Of a DNA stretch of 64,000 nt, positions 29,030 through 39,023 are shown one piece after another. The stretch's first letter is position 1, and each line of letters begins with the position of its first letter. A program made the translations under genes and the position numbers. Origin of the DNA: Candidatus Limnocylindrales bacterium (GTDB lineage: Bacteria; Chloroflexota; Limnocylindria; Limnocylindrales; CSP1-4); NCBI GenBank assembly GCA_038322255.1, contig JBBQFS010000001.1:11729-75728 (forward strand), read 5' to 3'. Under the pieces are notes generated by a model. That model was not told the DNA's origin. It saw only the letters and a program-made list of their open reading frames with translations, and searched no databases.

Positions 29030-29983
29030 ATGAACGACGAGTTTCGAACCAGCGACGGGGCCCAGCACTCGGCGCCCGTTGCCTTCACGCCGACCACCGA
29101 CACGTTCCTGTTCACCGACGCCGATCCGGGTCCTCCTCCCCCACTCGGCGCATCGGTGGCCGACCAGGCAACCCGACCGTCCCGCGCGGGCGGTCGGGGC
29201 CTCGCCGGCCTGCTGGCGGTGAGTCTCTTCTCGGCGGTGCTCGCCTCGACCGGGACCGTTGCGGTGCTCCAGGGCTCCCTCGCGGCGCCTGCGGCCTCGG
29301 GCGCGCCTGTGGGCGGTCGGACCGTCACGAGCGTCGACACGACCGGAGACATCACCGCGGTGGTTGCCGCGGCGCGGGAATCCGTCGTCACGATCACCTC
29401 CAACGGCATGGCCTCGAACCGCTTCTCGCCATTCGCGGTGCCCACGACCGGCGTCGGGTCCGGCGTGATCCTCAGCGCCGATGGCTACATCCTGACCAAC
29501 CGCCACGTCGTCGAGAACAGCCAGAGCCTGACCGTGACGCTCTTCGATGGCCGGGAGATCCCTGCGACGACCGTCAAGATCTCGGACACCACGGACCTGG
29601 CCCTGATCAGGATCGACGCGACGGGCCTCCGGGCGGCCCCGATCGGCGACTCCGCGGCGCTCCAGGTCGGCCAGACCGCGATCGCCATCGGCAGCCCGCT
29701 CGGGACCTATACCGAGACGGTCACCCGGGGGATCGTCTCCGGGCTCAACCGCACGATCACCGTCACCGATCAGGCCACGCGCCGCGACACGACGCTGAAC
29801 GGCCTGATCCAGACCGACGCCGCGATCAACCCCGGCAACAGCGGCGGGCCCCTCCTCGACGCCGCCGGGAACGTCATCGGCATCAATACCGCGGTCGCGA
29901 CCAGCGCCGAGGGCCTCGGCTTCGCGATCCCGATCGCCGCCGCGAGCGACCTCATCAGCCTGGCGCGCGGCGCCGCGGCCTGA
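29030..29983 (+). CDS. Trypsin-like S1C serine protease (HtrA/DegP-like without a PDZ domain), with N-terminal membrane anchor
   Basis: Catalytic triad contexts (TNRHVV, DLALIRID, GNSGGPLLD). TM segment GLAGLLAVSLFSAVLASTG. Confidence 0.8.
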   Translation: MNDEFRTSDGAQHSAPVAFTPTTDTFLFTDADPGPPPPLGASVADQATRPSRAGGRGLAGLLAVSLFSAVLASTGTVAVLQGSLAAPAASGAPVGGRTVTSVDTTGDITAVVAAARESVVTITSNGMASNRFSPFAVPTTGVGSGVILSADGYILTNRHVVENSQSLTVTLFDGREIPATTVKISDTTDLALIRIDATGLRAAPIGDSAALQVGQTAIAIGSPLGTYTETVTRGIVSGLNRTITVTDQATRRDTTLNGLIQTDAAINPGNSGGPLLDAAGNVIGINTAVATSAEGLGFAIPIAAASDLISLARGAAA

Positions 29984-30109
29984 CGTGGCCCATGGCGCTG
30001 CCCTGCAGCCCCGGGACCGGCGCCCCGCCTACCATCCCCATCCCATGAACCATCCCATCCGGAACGCCGCTGCCGTTCGCAGCTCCTGACCTCCAGCCGA
30101 GCCCAGCCC

Positions 30110-30787
30110 ATGCACCTGCTACTCGTCGAGGATGACCCACGCCTCCAGCGGGTCCTTCGGCGCTTGCTCGAGGACGACCGCCACGTGGTGGAGGTCGCGC
30201 CCGACGGTGAGACCGCGCTCGAGCTCGCAGCCGCCACGGCGGGCATCGAGACGGTCATCCTGGACCTCGGGCTGCCGGACATGTCCGGCCTCGACGTCGC
30301 GCGCCGCCTTCGCCGCGACGGGCGCGAGGTCGCGATCCTCATGCTTACCGCTCGCGACGCGGTCAGCGACCGCGTCAACGGGCTGGATGCCGGCGCCGAC
30401 GACTACCTGGTCAAGCCGTTCGCCTACGAGGAGCTCTCGGCCCGGCTGCGGGCTCTCGCGCGGCGCACCGAATCGGGCGTGCGGCGGCCCGACCCGGTGC
30501 TGGCCGCCGGCCCCATCGCTCTCGACGAGCGAAGCCGTCGCGTCACCGTCAAGGGCCGCCTCGTGGACCTCAGCCCGCGCGAGTTCTCGTTGCTGGAGTG
30601 CTTCCTCCGCCACCCCGGCCAGTCGCTCACCCGCGATCAGCTGCTCGACCAGGCCTGGCCATTCTCGGTCGCGGTGACCCCCAACGCCGTTGACGCCTAC
30701 GTCCACTACCTGCGGACCAAGCTCGGTGACGCCGGGCGCTGGATCGAGACCGTCCGGGGCGTGGGCTACCGTCTGGCCGATGGCTGA
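30110..30787 (+). CDS. OmpR-family two-component response regulator
   Basis: Receiver motifs (LLVEDDPRL, VILDLGLPDMSG, LMLTARD). Winged-helix output domain. Confidence 0.9.
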   Translation: MHLLLVEDDPRLQRVLRRLLEDDRHVVEVAPDGETALELAAATAGIETVILDLGLPDMSGLDVARRLRRDGREVAILMLTARDAVSDRVNGLDAGADDYLVKPFAYEELSARLRALARRTESGVRRPDPVLAAGPIALDERSRRVTVKGRLVDLSPREFSLLECFLRHPGQSLTRDQLLDQAWPFSVAVTPNAVDAYVHYLRTKLGDAGRWIETVRGVGYRLADG

Positions 30788-32177
30788 CGAGGGCGCCTCG
30801 CCGGACTCGGTCGATCGTCACGCGTCCGAGACCGACGCCCGTCTCGTTCGCGGCGTCCGCTGGCGCCTGGTGGCCTGGAGCGGTGGCTCGACGCTCCTGA
30901 TCCTGCTCGTCCTGGGCATCGCGCTGTACCTGAGCGTCGCCTCATCGCTGCAGGCGACGGCCCTCAGCAATCTCGAGCAGCGTGCCGGCGACCTCGTGGA
31001 CTTCGTTCACGGCCGGCCGCCGGGCGGCAGCGACGACCACCCGACCGACATCATCTTCGGCGGCGGCGGCAGCACCTTCGCGATCCTGATCGCGCCCGAC
31101 GGCAGCGCGATCGGGCCACGCCAGTTCCAGATGCCGGATGGGCTACCCGACCGAGGGGCGGCGACGGCGGCCGGCAGGTCGGGCCGCGACGTGCGCCTGT
31201 CGACGATCACGGTCCACTCGAACCCGGGCAACCAGGCCGTTGCGGTGCCGGTCCGCCAGCTGACGATCCCCGCCGACTCCTCCCAGGGCCGGTTCTTCGT
31301 CCAGGTCGTCCAGGATCGGACCGCCGAGGCCCGGACCCTCGAAAGCCTGCTCGTCGTCCTCGTCGTCGGCGGCTTGGTCGTGGTGCTCGTCGCGGTCGGC
31401 TTCGGCGCGATCTATGCCCGCCGGGCGCTCGTTCCGATCCGCGAATCGCTCACCGGCCAGCGCGTCGCACTCCAGCGCCAGCGCGAGTTCGCGGCGGATG
31501 CGAGTCACGAGCTGCGGACGCCGCTCACGGTCATCCGCGCGTCCGTGGAGCATCTCCGTCGCAATGCCGCCCGGCCGGTTCGCGAGGTCGGCGACGCCCT
31601 GCTCGACATCGACGCCGAGGTCCAGCAGCTCACGACCCTCGTTGACGACCTGCTCCTCCTTGCCCGCTCCGATTCGGGCGCCGTGACGCTCGAGCGCGTG
31701 CCGCTCCATCTCGACGACGTCGCGGCGGACGCTGCCGCGGCCCTCGCTCAGCCGGCTGCCGACGCGGGGGTGCGCGTCGAGATCGACCCGCAGCCGACGG
31801 CCGCGATCGGCGATCCGGCGCGGCTCCGGCAGCTGGTGATGATCCTCGTCGACAACGCGATCCGGCACAGCCCCCGCGGTGGCGCGGTCCGGGTGGTTAT
31901 CCGGCCTGATCCCGCGGGCGCGGGTTCCGCCACCCTCGCTGTCGAGGACGCCGGGCCCGGCGTGGCGCCCGACGATCGGCCCCGCGTGTTCGACCGCTTC
32001 TGGCGGGCGGCCGGCGCGCCCGCCGGCGGGACGGGGCTCGGCCTGGCGATCGCCAAGTGGATCGCCGAGCACCACGACGGCAGCATCTCCGTCGATCGAT
32101 CCGAGGCAGGCGGGGCCCGCTTCGAGGTCAGGCTCCCCAGCCCAACCGCGCGACCCACCCCGGAGGCTGGATCGTGA
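30780..32177 (+). CDS. Sensor histidine kinase (TM-HAMP-HisKA-HATPase_c)
   Basis: ATG at 30780 overlaps the regulator stop (ATGGCTGA). H-box ASHELRTPLT. N, G1 and G2 boxes (LVDNAIRHS, VEDAGPGV, GGTGLGLAI). Confidence 0.85.
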   Translation: MADEGASPDSVDRHASETDARLVRGVRWRLVAWSGGSTLLILLVLGIALYLSVASSLQATALSNLEQRAGDLVDFVHGRPPGGSDDHPTDIIFGGGGSTFAILIAPDGSAIGPRQFQMPDGLPDRGAATAAGRSGRDVRLSTITVHSNPGNQAVAVPVRQLTIPADSSQGRFFVQVVQDRTAEARTLESLLVVLVVGGLVVVLVAVGFGAIYARRALVPIRESLTGQRVALQRQREFAADASHELRTPLTVIRASVEHLRRNAARPVREVGDALLDIDAEVQQLTTLVDDLLLLARSDSGAVTLERVPLHLDDVAADAAAALAQPAADAGVRVEIDPQPTAAIGDPARLRQLVMILVDNAIRHSPRGGAVRVVIRPDPAGAGSATLAVEDAGPGVAPDDRPRVFDRFWRAAGAPAGGTGLGLAIAKWIAEHHDGSISVDRSEAGGARFEVRLPSPTARPTPEAGS

Positions 32178-32965
32178 ACACCCGCCCAACTCGCCCAACT
32201 CGCCCAGCTCGCCGCTCGCCGCTCGTTCCGGGCCTCATCGCACTCGCCTTGCTCGTCGGCCTGGGAGCCGCGGGCGGGCTCGCCTATCTCTTCATCAGAG
32301 GCGCGCCGCCGCCGGCTGTTGGCCTCGGCAGCGCATCGCCGGGCTCGAGCCAGGCACCGGCGAGCATCGGGGTCATGCCGACCGGGCCGGTCTCGACGAT
32401 CGGTCCGGGGGGCGTCGACGGCACCTGGACCATCGACACCACGATCGGGTCGTTCTCCGACTTCTCTTCGTCGTTCGTCGGCTACCGCGTGGAGGAGACG
32501 CTGGCCAACGTCGGCGCGAACACCGCGGTCGGGCGGACGCCGAAGGTGAGCGGGTCGCTCGTCCTTGCCGGCACATCCATCGCGAGCGTCGAGGTGACCG
32601 CGGACCTGACGGCGCTGCGAAGCGATGACCAGCGGCGCGACGGCCAGCTGGATCGGCAGGCGATCCAGACCTCGCAGTTTCGGACCGCGACGTTCAAGCT
32701 GACCAGCCCCCTCGCGCTCGGATCCGTGCCCGCCGACGGCCAGACCATCACCGTCACGGCCGACGGTGAGCTCACCCTCCACGGCGTGACTCGCCCCGTC
32801 GAGGTCGCGCTCCAGGCGCGCCTGTCGGGCGACGTCGTGACCGTGACCGGGTCGATCCCGATCCTGTTCGCCGACTACGGCATCGAGCGCCCGAGCTCGT
32901 TCCTCGTCCTGTCGATCGAGGACCACGGGACCATGGAGCTGCAGCTGCACTTCCGACGCGCCTGA
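32174..32965 (+). CDS. YceI-family periplasmic polyisoprenoid-binding protein, membrane-anchored
   Basis: A GTG start overlaps the kinase stop (GTGA). Signal or anchor region LIALALLVGLGAAGGLAYL. YceI-like body (GTWTIDTTIGSF...VTRPV). Confidence 0.75.
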   Translation: MNTRPTRPTRPARRSPLVPGLIALALLVGLGAAGGLAYLFIRGAPPPAVGLGSASPGSSQAPASIGVMPTGPVSTIGPGGVDGTWTIDTTIGSFSDFSSSFVGYRVEETLANVGANTAVGRTPKVSGSLVLAGTSIASVEVTADLTALRSDDQRRDGQLDRQAIQTSQFRTATFKLTSPLALGSVPADGQTITVTADGELTLHGVTRPVEVALQARLSGDVVTVTGSIPILFADYGIERPSSFLVLSIEDHGTMELQLHFRRA

Positions 32966-33068
32966 CGCTTCGGCCGGGCGGCCGCCTGGGTCCCGCAAGG
33001 CCGCCACCGACTGACCGTGAGGGTGCTGGCCCCGCCGGAGGGCTGACCACGCTGTAGGATCGCGGCGG

Positions 33069-34730
33069 ATGCCCGACGACCGCTTCGATTTCGTCATCGT
33101 CGGCGGGGGATCAGCCGGCTGCGTCCTCGCCAACCGCCTGAGCGAGGATCCGGGCAGCCGCGTTCTGGTCCTCGAGGCGGGCCGACCGGACTGGCGATTC
33201 GACGTCTTCCTGCACATGCCCGCGGCGCTAGCCTTCCCGATCGGGAGCGCGTTCTACGACTGGGGCTACCGCTCGGAGCCCGAGCCCAATCTCCATGGCC
33301 GCCGGGTCTACCACGCCCGGGGCAAGGTCCTCGGTGGCTCCTCCTCGATCAACGGCATGATCTTCCAGCGTGGCAACCCCCTCGACTACGAGCGCTGGGC
33401 GACCGTGCCGGGCCTCGCCGACTGGGACTACGCCCACACCCTGCCGTACTTCAAGCGGATGGAGACGGCCCTGTCCGCCGCGCCAGACGACCCCTATCGC
33501 GGCCAGACCGGACCGCTCGTGCTCGAGCGGGGCGCGGCGAAGGGGCCACTGTTCGGGGCGTTCTTCGACGCGGTCGAGCAGGCGGGGTACGCGCACACCC
33601 CGGACGTGAACGGCTACCGTCAGGAGGGCTTTGCCCCGTTCGACCGGAACATCCACCGGGGCCGCCGGGTTTCGGCGGCGACGGCCTATCTCAAGCCGGC
33701 GCTGCGCCGCCGCAACCTCGAGGTGCGCACCTCCGCGCTGGTCACCTCGGTCACGTTCGACGGCCGTCGCGCGACAGGCGTCGAGTACCGGACCGGGGGC
33801 GGGCACCATCGCATCCTGGCCGGGAATGTCATTCTCGCCGGCGGAGCGATCAACACGCCCCAGCTGCTGCAGCTGTCCGGGGTGGGGGACGGCGATCACC
33901 TCCGGAGCCTTGGCATCGAGACCATCCAGCACCTGCCCGGCGTCGGGCAGAACCTCCAGGATCATCTCGAGGTGTATGTCCAGCACGGGAGCCTCGAACC
34001 GGTCTCGATGCAGCCGCAGGCGACCGATCAATGGCGCCGGCCGTGGATCGGCTTCCAGTGGCTGTTCCTCCGTCGCGGCCCGGGCGCGACGAACCATTTC
34101 GAGGCCGGGGGGTTCGTCCGCGGCGATGAGGACGTCGCCTACCCGAACCTGATGTTCCACTTCCTGCCGCTGGCGATCCGCTACGACGGGACCTCGCCAG
34201 CGGGAGGGCACGGCTATCAGGTTCACGTCGGCCCGATGTACTCCGACGCCCGGGGTTCTGTGCTGATCCGCTCGACCGATCCGGAGGTCCACCCGGCCCT
34301 GCGGTTCAACTACCTCTCGACCGACCAGGATCGCCGCGAATGGGTCCAGGCGATCACGGTCGCCCGCCACATCCTGGGCCAGCCCGCGTTCAAGCGCTAC
34401 GACGCCGGCGAGGTGTCACCCGGGCCGGTGGTCTCCACGCCCGAGGAGATCCTCGACTGGGTCGGGCACGACGCGGAGACCGCCCTGCACGCGTCGTGCA
34501 CCGCGCGGATGGGCATCGACGACGAAGCCGTCATCGATCCATCGACGATGGCCGTCCATGGAATCGACGGCCTGCGCGTCGTCGACGCTTCGGTATTCCC
34601 GTACGTCACGAACGCCAACATCTACGCGCCGGTGATGATGGTCGCCGAGCGGGCGGCGGACCTGATCGGCGGCCACACCGTGATGCCGCCCGAGCCCTTG
34701 CCGTTCTACCGCCACGAGCCGGGAGCCTGA
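33069..34730 (+). CDS. GMC family oxidoreductase (choline dehydrogenase-like)
   Basis: N-terminal FAD motif [33 protein letters not shown] signatures ([14 protein letters not shown]). C-terminal active-site region. Confidence 0.9.
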   Translation: MPDDRFDFVIVGGGSAGCVLANRLSEDPGSRVLVLEAGRPDWRFDVFLHMPAALAFPIGSAFYDWGYRSEPEPNLHGRRVYHARGKVLGGSSSINGMIFQRGNPLDYERWATVPGLADWDYAHTLPYFKRMETALSAAPDDPYRGQTGPLVLERGAAKGPLFGAFFDAVEQAGYAHTPDVNGYRQEGFAPFDRNIHRGRRVSAATAYLKPALRRRNLEVRTSALVTSVTFDGRRATGVEYRTGGGHHRILAGNVILAGGAINTPQLLQLSGVGDGDHLRSLGIETIQHLPGVGQNLQDHLEVYVQHGSLEPVSMQPQATDQWRRPWIGFQWLFLRRGPGATNHFEAGGFVRGDEDVAYPNLMFHFLPLAIRYDGTSPAGGHGYQVHVGPMYSDARGSVLIRSTDPEVHPALRFNYLSTDQDRREWVQAITVARHILGQPAFKRYDAGEVSPGPVVSTPEEILDWVGHDAETALHASCTARMGIDDEAVIDPSTMAVHGIDGLRVVDASVFPYVTNANIYAPVMMVAERAADLIGGHTVMPPEPLPFYRHEPGA

Positions 34731-34775
34731 GACCGGCTCACCCGAGGCCGGCTGGCGGATTGCTGGCGGAGCCGG

Positions 34776-35102
34776 TCAGGCGTTCTTCTTGCGCCGCCCG
34801 CCACGTCCGCCCGGGATGGGGCCGCGGCTCAGATAGATCGCGCCGTTGCGCACGCCGAGATTCACGGGGCTGCCGCTGGCCTTGATCTGGCGGGCCACGG
34901 CGGCGCGAATCGTCACCAGCTTCTCGTTGTCCTCGAGCTCGATCTTCTTGATCCACGTCACCGATCCGGCACCCAGCTCGTTGAGCACTTTCTCGATCAA
35001 CTGCTCGCGTCGCTTGATTGCCAGCTGGCGCGGACTGAGGGCGCGGGGCTTGCGCGGCTTGGGTGCAAGCTCTTCGGGTTTGGCGTCGCGCACGCGAACC
35101 AT
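34776..35102 (-). CDS. Hypothetical small basic protein (108 aa, Lys/Arg-rich termini)
   Basis: ORF in a locally lower-GC region. MVRVRDAKPEELAPKPRKPRALSPRQLAIKRREQ...GGRGGRRKKNA. No family recognised. Flanked upstream by an AT-richer promoter region with a palindrome. Confidence 0.5.
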   Translation of the reverse strand: MVRVRDAKPEELAPKPRKPRALSPRQLAIKRREQLIEKVLNELGAGSVTWIKKIELEDNEKLVTIRAAVARQIKASGSPVNLGVRNGAIYLSRGPIPGGRGGRRKKNA

Positions 35103-35191
35103 AGGGGGTCCTCCTCAAGGAATGCAGGGCTACGCGCGGATCCGTAACGAACGGGAGCGCATCGTAACGAATCGCGCGCCAAAGTACAAAG

Positions 35192-35203
35192 TTTCGCGCG
35201 AAA
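35192..35203. promoter_or_regulatory. Perfect 12-bp palindrome TTTCGCGCGAAA in the AT-richer upstream region of the small basic-protein gene (candidate operator)
   Basis: Seen in the sequence. Flanked by a CGTAACGAA direct repeat x2 and a TTGACG hexamer. Its function is inferred only. Confidence 0.3.
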
Positions 35204-35235
35204 ACCAGTTTCGCCCGAAGAGTTGACGCGTCGCG

Positions 35236-36159
35236 CTAACCGATGATCTGGCGGAGCGCGAAGATGACGTTCGCCGGTCGCTCCGCGAGTCGTCGCATAT
35301 ACCACGGGTACCACGCTTCGCCGTAGGCGATGAGATCACGCACGAGGTAGCCCTCGCGGGCCAGCCGTCGTTGCTGGTCCATGCGAATCCCGTACAGCAT
35401 CTGGACCTCGAAGCTCGTCTTCGGCAGGCTCATCGCCGTCGCGTGCTCGGCGATCTGCTCGATGAGCCGGACGTCGTGCGTCCCGAGCCCGAGGCGCACG
35501 TTGCGACCGCTCCGGGCGCCCTCCAGCAGGGCGACCGCGAGAGCCACGAAGTTGGCATCGACGTCGTGGCGGCTCTGGTAGGCGCGCTCGACCGGCTCCG
35601 CGTACGCGCCCTTCACGAGGCGGATCCGGGGATCGAGCGGCAGCAGCCGCTGGACGTCGGTAGCGGTCCGGCGGAGGTAGGCCTGGAGGCAGAGGCCGGT
35701 GTTGGGTTGCGTCACCTTGATGCGTTCGTAGAACGCGATCGTGCCCTCGGCGTAGGCGCTGCCCTCCATGTCGATCCAGAGGGTCTTGCCAGTCTCGGCC
35801 GCCCGCTCGGCCAGCCGGACGGCGTGGGCGAGCGTGCGCTAGATATCGATGTCATAGCCGAGCTGGGTGAGCTTGACGCTGACCTCGCCATCGAGGTCGC
35901 GCGCGGCGATGTCGGCCATCAGCCCGAGGTAGTGCTCCGCGACCTCGTCACCCTCCTCAGCCCGGGTCACGTTCTCGCCGAGGCGCGTGAACTCGCTCGA
36001 GATGCCGTCCGCGCGGAATCTGACCGCGGCATCGAGGGCGCTGCCAGGGTCCTCGCCGGGCATGAACCGGCGGACAGCACGGCGGGCGAACCACAGCTTC
36101 GGCAGGTGTTCCCGCAGCCAGGGGTTCCGGGCCATCCACAGCAGCAGCCGTCGCATCAT
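35236..36159 (-). pseudogene. Proline dehydrogenase (PRODH) interrupted by a single in-frame TAG at 35839-35841
   Basis: Track ORFs 35839..36207 (N-terminal part) and 35236..35769 (C-terminal part) are in the same frame. They are contiguous in PRODH family alignment (…LGYDIDI-TAG-RTLAHAVRLAERAAETGKTLWIDMEGSAYAEG…). Probable start at 36159 (MMRRLL...). Confidence 0.7.
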
Positions 36160-36197
36160 CCGCAGCCTAGCGCGGTCGCCCCCGCCATACTGGGCAG

Positions 36198-37610
36198 GTG
36201 ACGGCAAGCGACCGTTCGACGGGCACCCGGCGAGAGGCCGATTCGATGGGCGCGATCGAGGTCCCGACCGACCACTACTGGGCAGCCCAGACCCAGCGCT
36301 CGATCCACCACTTCGCGATCGGGCGCGACCTCATGCCCGAGCGGATCATCCGCGCGTTCGGGTTGCTCAAGCTCGCCGCCGCGGATGTCAACGCCTCGCT
36401 CGGGCTCATCACCGACGCCGAGCACGACCTGATCGTGGCGGCGGCCCGCGAAGTCGCGGACGGCCGGCTGTCGGCCGAGTTCCCGCTGCGGGTCTGGCAG
36501 ACGGGGTCGGGCACACAGACGAACATGAACGTCAACGAGGTCATCGCGGCTCGGGCCAACGAGCAGGCCACCGGGGTGAGGGGCGGCAAGGCGCCGATCC
36601 ACCCCAACGACCACGTCAACCGCAGCCAGTCCAGCAACGACACCTTTCCGACCGCGCTCCACGTGGCCGTCGCGATGGCCCTGGTCGAGGACCTCAAACC
36701 GTCGGTCCGCGAGCTCCGCGACGCGCTCGACGCCAAGGCGGCCGAGTTCCGTGACATCGTCAAGATCGGCCGGACGCACCTGCAGGACGCCGTGCCCCTG
36801 ACCCTCGGCCAGGAGTTCAGCGGCTACGTCGCGCAGCTCGACGGTGACTTCGCCCGGATCGACGCGACGCTGCCGGGGCTGTACGAGATCGCACTCGGCG
36901 GGACGGCTGTCGGGACGGGCCTCAACAGCCACCCACGCTTCGCCGAGCTGGTCGCCGCCCGCATCTCCGAGCTCACGCGCCTGCCGTTCGTCAGCGCACC
37001 CAACAAGTTCGCGGCCCTCGCCGGCCAGGAAGCCACCGTCTTCGCGTCGGGCGCCCTCAAGACCCTCGCCACCAGCCTGATGAAGATCGCCAACGACATC
37101 CGCTGGCTCGGCTCCGGGCCGCGGGCGGGGATCGGCGAGCTGCGCCTGCCCGAGAACGAGCCCGGCTCCTCGATCATGCCCGGCAAGGTCAACCCGACCC
37201 AGAGCGAGGCGCTGACCATGGTCTGCGTCCAGGTCATGGGCTATGACACGGCCATCGGCTTTGCCGGCTCGCAGGGCAACTTCGAGCTCAACGTGTTCAA
37301 GCCGGTGATCGCCCACGACCTCCTCCACGGGATCGAATTGCTGAGCGACGCGAGCCGCAGCTTCCGCGAGCACTGCGTCGTGGGCCTCGAGGCGGACAAG
37401 GTCCGCATCGACGAACACGTGACGAACTCGCTCATGCTCGTGACGGCGCTGACACCCCGGATCGGGTATGACAAGGCGGCCGAGATCGCCAAGAAGGCAC
37501 ATCATGAGGGCACGACGCTTCGCGCGGCGGCTCTCGCCCTTGGCTATCTCGACGAGGCCGAGTTCGACACGCTCATGCGGCCGGAGGCGATGACCCGCCC
37601 CTCCGCCTGA
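36198..37610 (+). CDS. fumC: Fumarate hydratase class II
   Basis: Full-length match including the [20 protein letters not shown] signature. 470 aa. Confidence 0.92.
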   Translation: MTASDRSTGTRREADSMGAIEVPTDHYWAAQTQRSIHHFAIGRDLMPERIIRAFGLLKLAAADVNASLGLITDAEHDLIVAAAREVADGRLSAEFPLRVWQTGSGTQTNMNVNEVIAARANEQATGVRGGKAPIHPNDHVNRSQSSNDTFPTALHVAVAMALVEDLKPSVRELRDALDAKAAEFRDIVKIGRTHLQDAVPLTLGQEFSGYVAQLDGDFARIDATLPGLYEIALGGTAVGTGLNSHPRFAELVAARISELTRLPFVSAPNKFAALAGQEATVFASGALKTLATSLMKIANDIRWLGSGPRAGIGELRLPENEPGSSIMPGKVNPTQSEALTMVCVQVMGYDTAIGFAGSQGNFELNVFKPVIAHDLLHGIELLSDASRSFREHCVVGLEADKVRIDEHVTNSLMLVTALTPRIGYDKAAEIAKKAHHEGTTLRAAALALGYLDEAEFDTLMRPEAMTRPSA

Positions 37611-37680
37611 GCAAGGGGCGCGGTCAGCTTCGCGCGACGCGCCACCCGGCACGACGCGGAGCCGCCAGGGAGACGGTCAC

Positions 37681-38592
37681 ATGCGCTGGAGACCATCAGG
37701 CTCGACCCAGGTCGAGGACCGCCGCGGCGGTGGCGGGGGCATGGGCGGCTTCGGCGGCTTGCGGACGGGCGGCCTCGGCAGCGGCGGCATCCCGATCCCG
37801 GTCGGTGGCGGCCTCGGCGGTATCGTCCTGATCATCATCGTCATCGTCGTCATGAACCTGCTCGGCGGCAACGGGGGCGTTCCGACCGGCGGACTCCAGG
37901 GCGGCGGAGGTGGCGCGATCGCGTCGCTCAATCCGGGCGACAACCAGGCCCAGTTCATCAACTCGGTCGTGGTCGATGTCCAGACGTTCTGGGCCGACGA
38001 GTTCGTGAGGACCGGGCGCCAGTACCCGCAGACCACGCTCGTGCTGTTTTCCGACCAGACCCAATCGGGCTGCGGCGTCGCCTCGTCGCAGACCGGGCCG
38101 TTCTACTGCCCCGCCGACCAGAAGGTTTTCCTCGACGCGGGTTTCTTCGACGAGCTGCACCAGCGTTTCGGCGCACCCGGTGACTTCGCCGAGGCGTACG
38201 TCATCGCCCACGAGTTCGGCCACCATGTCCAGAATGCCCTCGGGACGATGGACAACGTCGCAGCCGAACAGCAGGCCAACCCGAGCCGGGCCAACGACCT
38301 CTCGGTCCGGCTCGAGCTCCAGGCCGACTGCCTTGCCGGCGACTGGGCCCACTCGGTGTGGGCCAATCCGGACCAGGCCAACGTCGAATCCATCACCGAC
38401 GCCGATGTCCGCGACGCCCTCAACGCGGCTGCCGCCGTCGGCGACGACCGGATCCAGCAGCAGGCCACCGGGACGATCGACCAGGAGTCGTGGACCCACG
38501 GCTCGGCCGATCAGCGCGTGAAGTGGTTCAACACCGGGTTCAAGCAGGCCACGATCGAGAGCTGCGACACGTTCTCGGTGGCGACGCCGTAG
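37681..38592 (+). CDS. Neutral zinc metallopeptidase (YpfJ-like family), Gly-rich N-terminus with TM
   Basis: HExxH motif AHEFGHHVQN. Family-typical FWADEFVRTGRQY and GPFYCPAD. Confidence 0.85.
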   Translation: MRWRPSGSTQVEDRRGGGGGMGGFGGLRTGGLGSGGIPIPVGGGLGGIVLIIIVIVVMNLLGGNGGVPTGGLQGGGGGAIASLNPGDNQAQFINSVVVDVQTFWADEFVRTGRQYPQTTLVLFSDQTQSGCGVASSQTGPFYCPADQKVFLDAGFFDELHQRFGAPGDFAEAYVIAHEFGHHVQNALGTMDNVAAEQQANPSRANDLSVRLELQADCLAGDWAHSVWANPDQANVESITDADVRDALNAAAAVGDDRIQQQATGTIDQESWTHGSADQRVKWFNTGFKQATIESCDTFSVATP

Positions 38593-38605
38593 TCGCGCGC
38601 CGGCG

Positions 38606-38989
38606 CTAGGTGCGCGAGGCCCTGGGCTTGGGCACCTTCGAGGGAAGCGTCGCCGTGTAGTCGATCGCCTCGCGCACCCACGCGTCGATCTGCGCGTCGT
38701 CGGCGATGACCTCGTCCGGCAGCGCGGCGTAGCCCTTCATCGCGCGCCCGGGCATGACCTCGAAGGTCCGGCCCTCGCCCGATGCCAGCACCGCAGCGAG
38801 CCGCCCCGGCTCGAGACGAACCCACCACGAGCTGGCGAACAGGCCGGTCGCCATGTTCCCGCCGACCCACGCACAGGGGTAGCCGAACATCGGGCGCCGG
38901 GTCGCATCCGGACCCGCCCGATCGAGGACTCCCGAGAAACGCTCGACGAGCTCCGGCGGCGATTTCTCGAACTTCGGCATGTCGGCCAT
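38606..38989 (-). CDS. TfoX N-terminal domain-containing protein
   Basis: RRPMFGYPCAWVGGNMATGLFASSWWVRLEP...EVMPGRAMKGYAALPDEV resembles the TfoX_N domain. The start is ambiguous, at 38989 or 38980. Confidence 0.6.
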   Translation of the reverse strand: MADMPKFEKSPPELVERFSGVLDRAGPDATRRPMFGYPCAWVGGNMATGLFASSWWVRLEPGRLAAVLASGEGRTFEVMPGRAMKGYAALPDEVIADDAQIDAWVREAIDYTATLPSKVPKPRASRT

Positions 38990-39023
38990 GGCGGGACGAT
39001 AGCCGTTTCCGCCGTGGCGCGGC

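Noticed and set aside
35839-35841. TAG in proline dehydrogenase as pyrrolysine or programmed read-through
   Set aside because: No pyl genes or PYLIS context in view, and the organism type makes this implausible. Nonsense mutation or sequencing error is more parsimonious.
36156-37652. 498-aa ORF antisense to fumC
   Set aside because: fumC is unambiguous. The antisense frame is a GC artefact.
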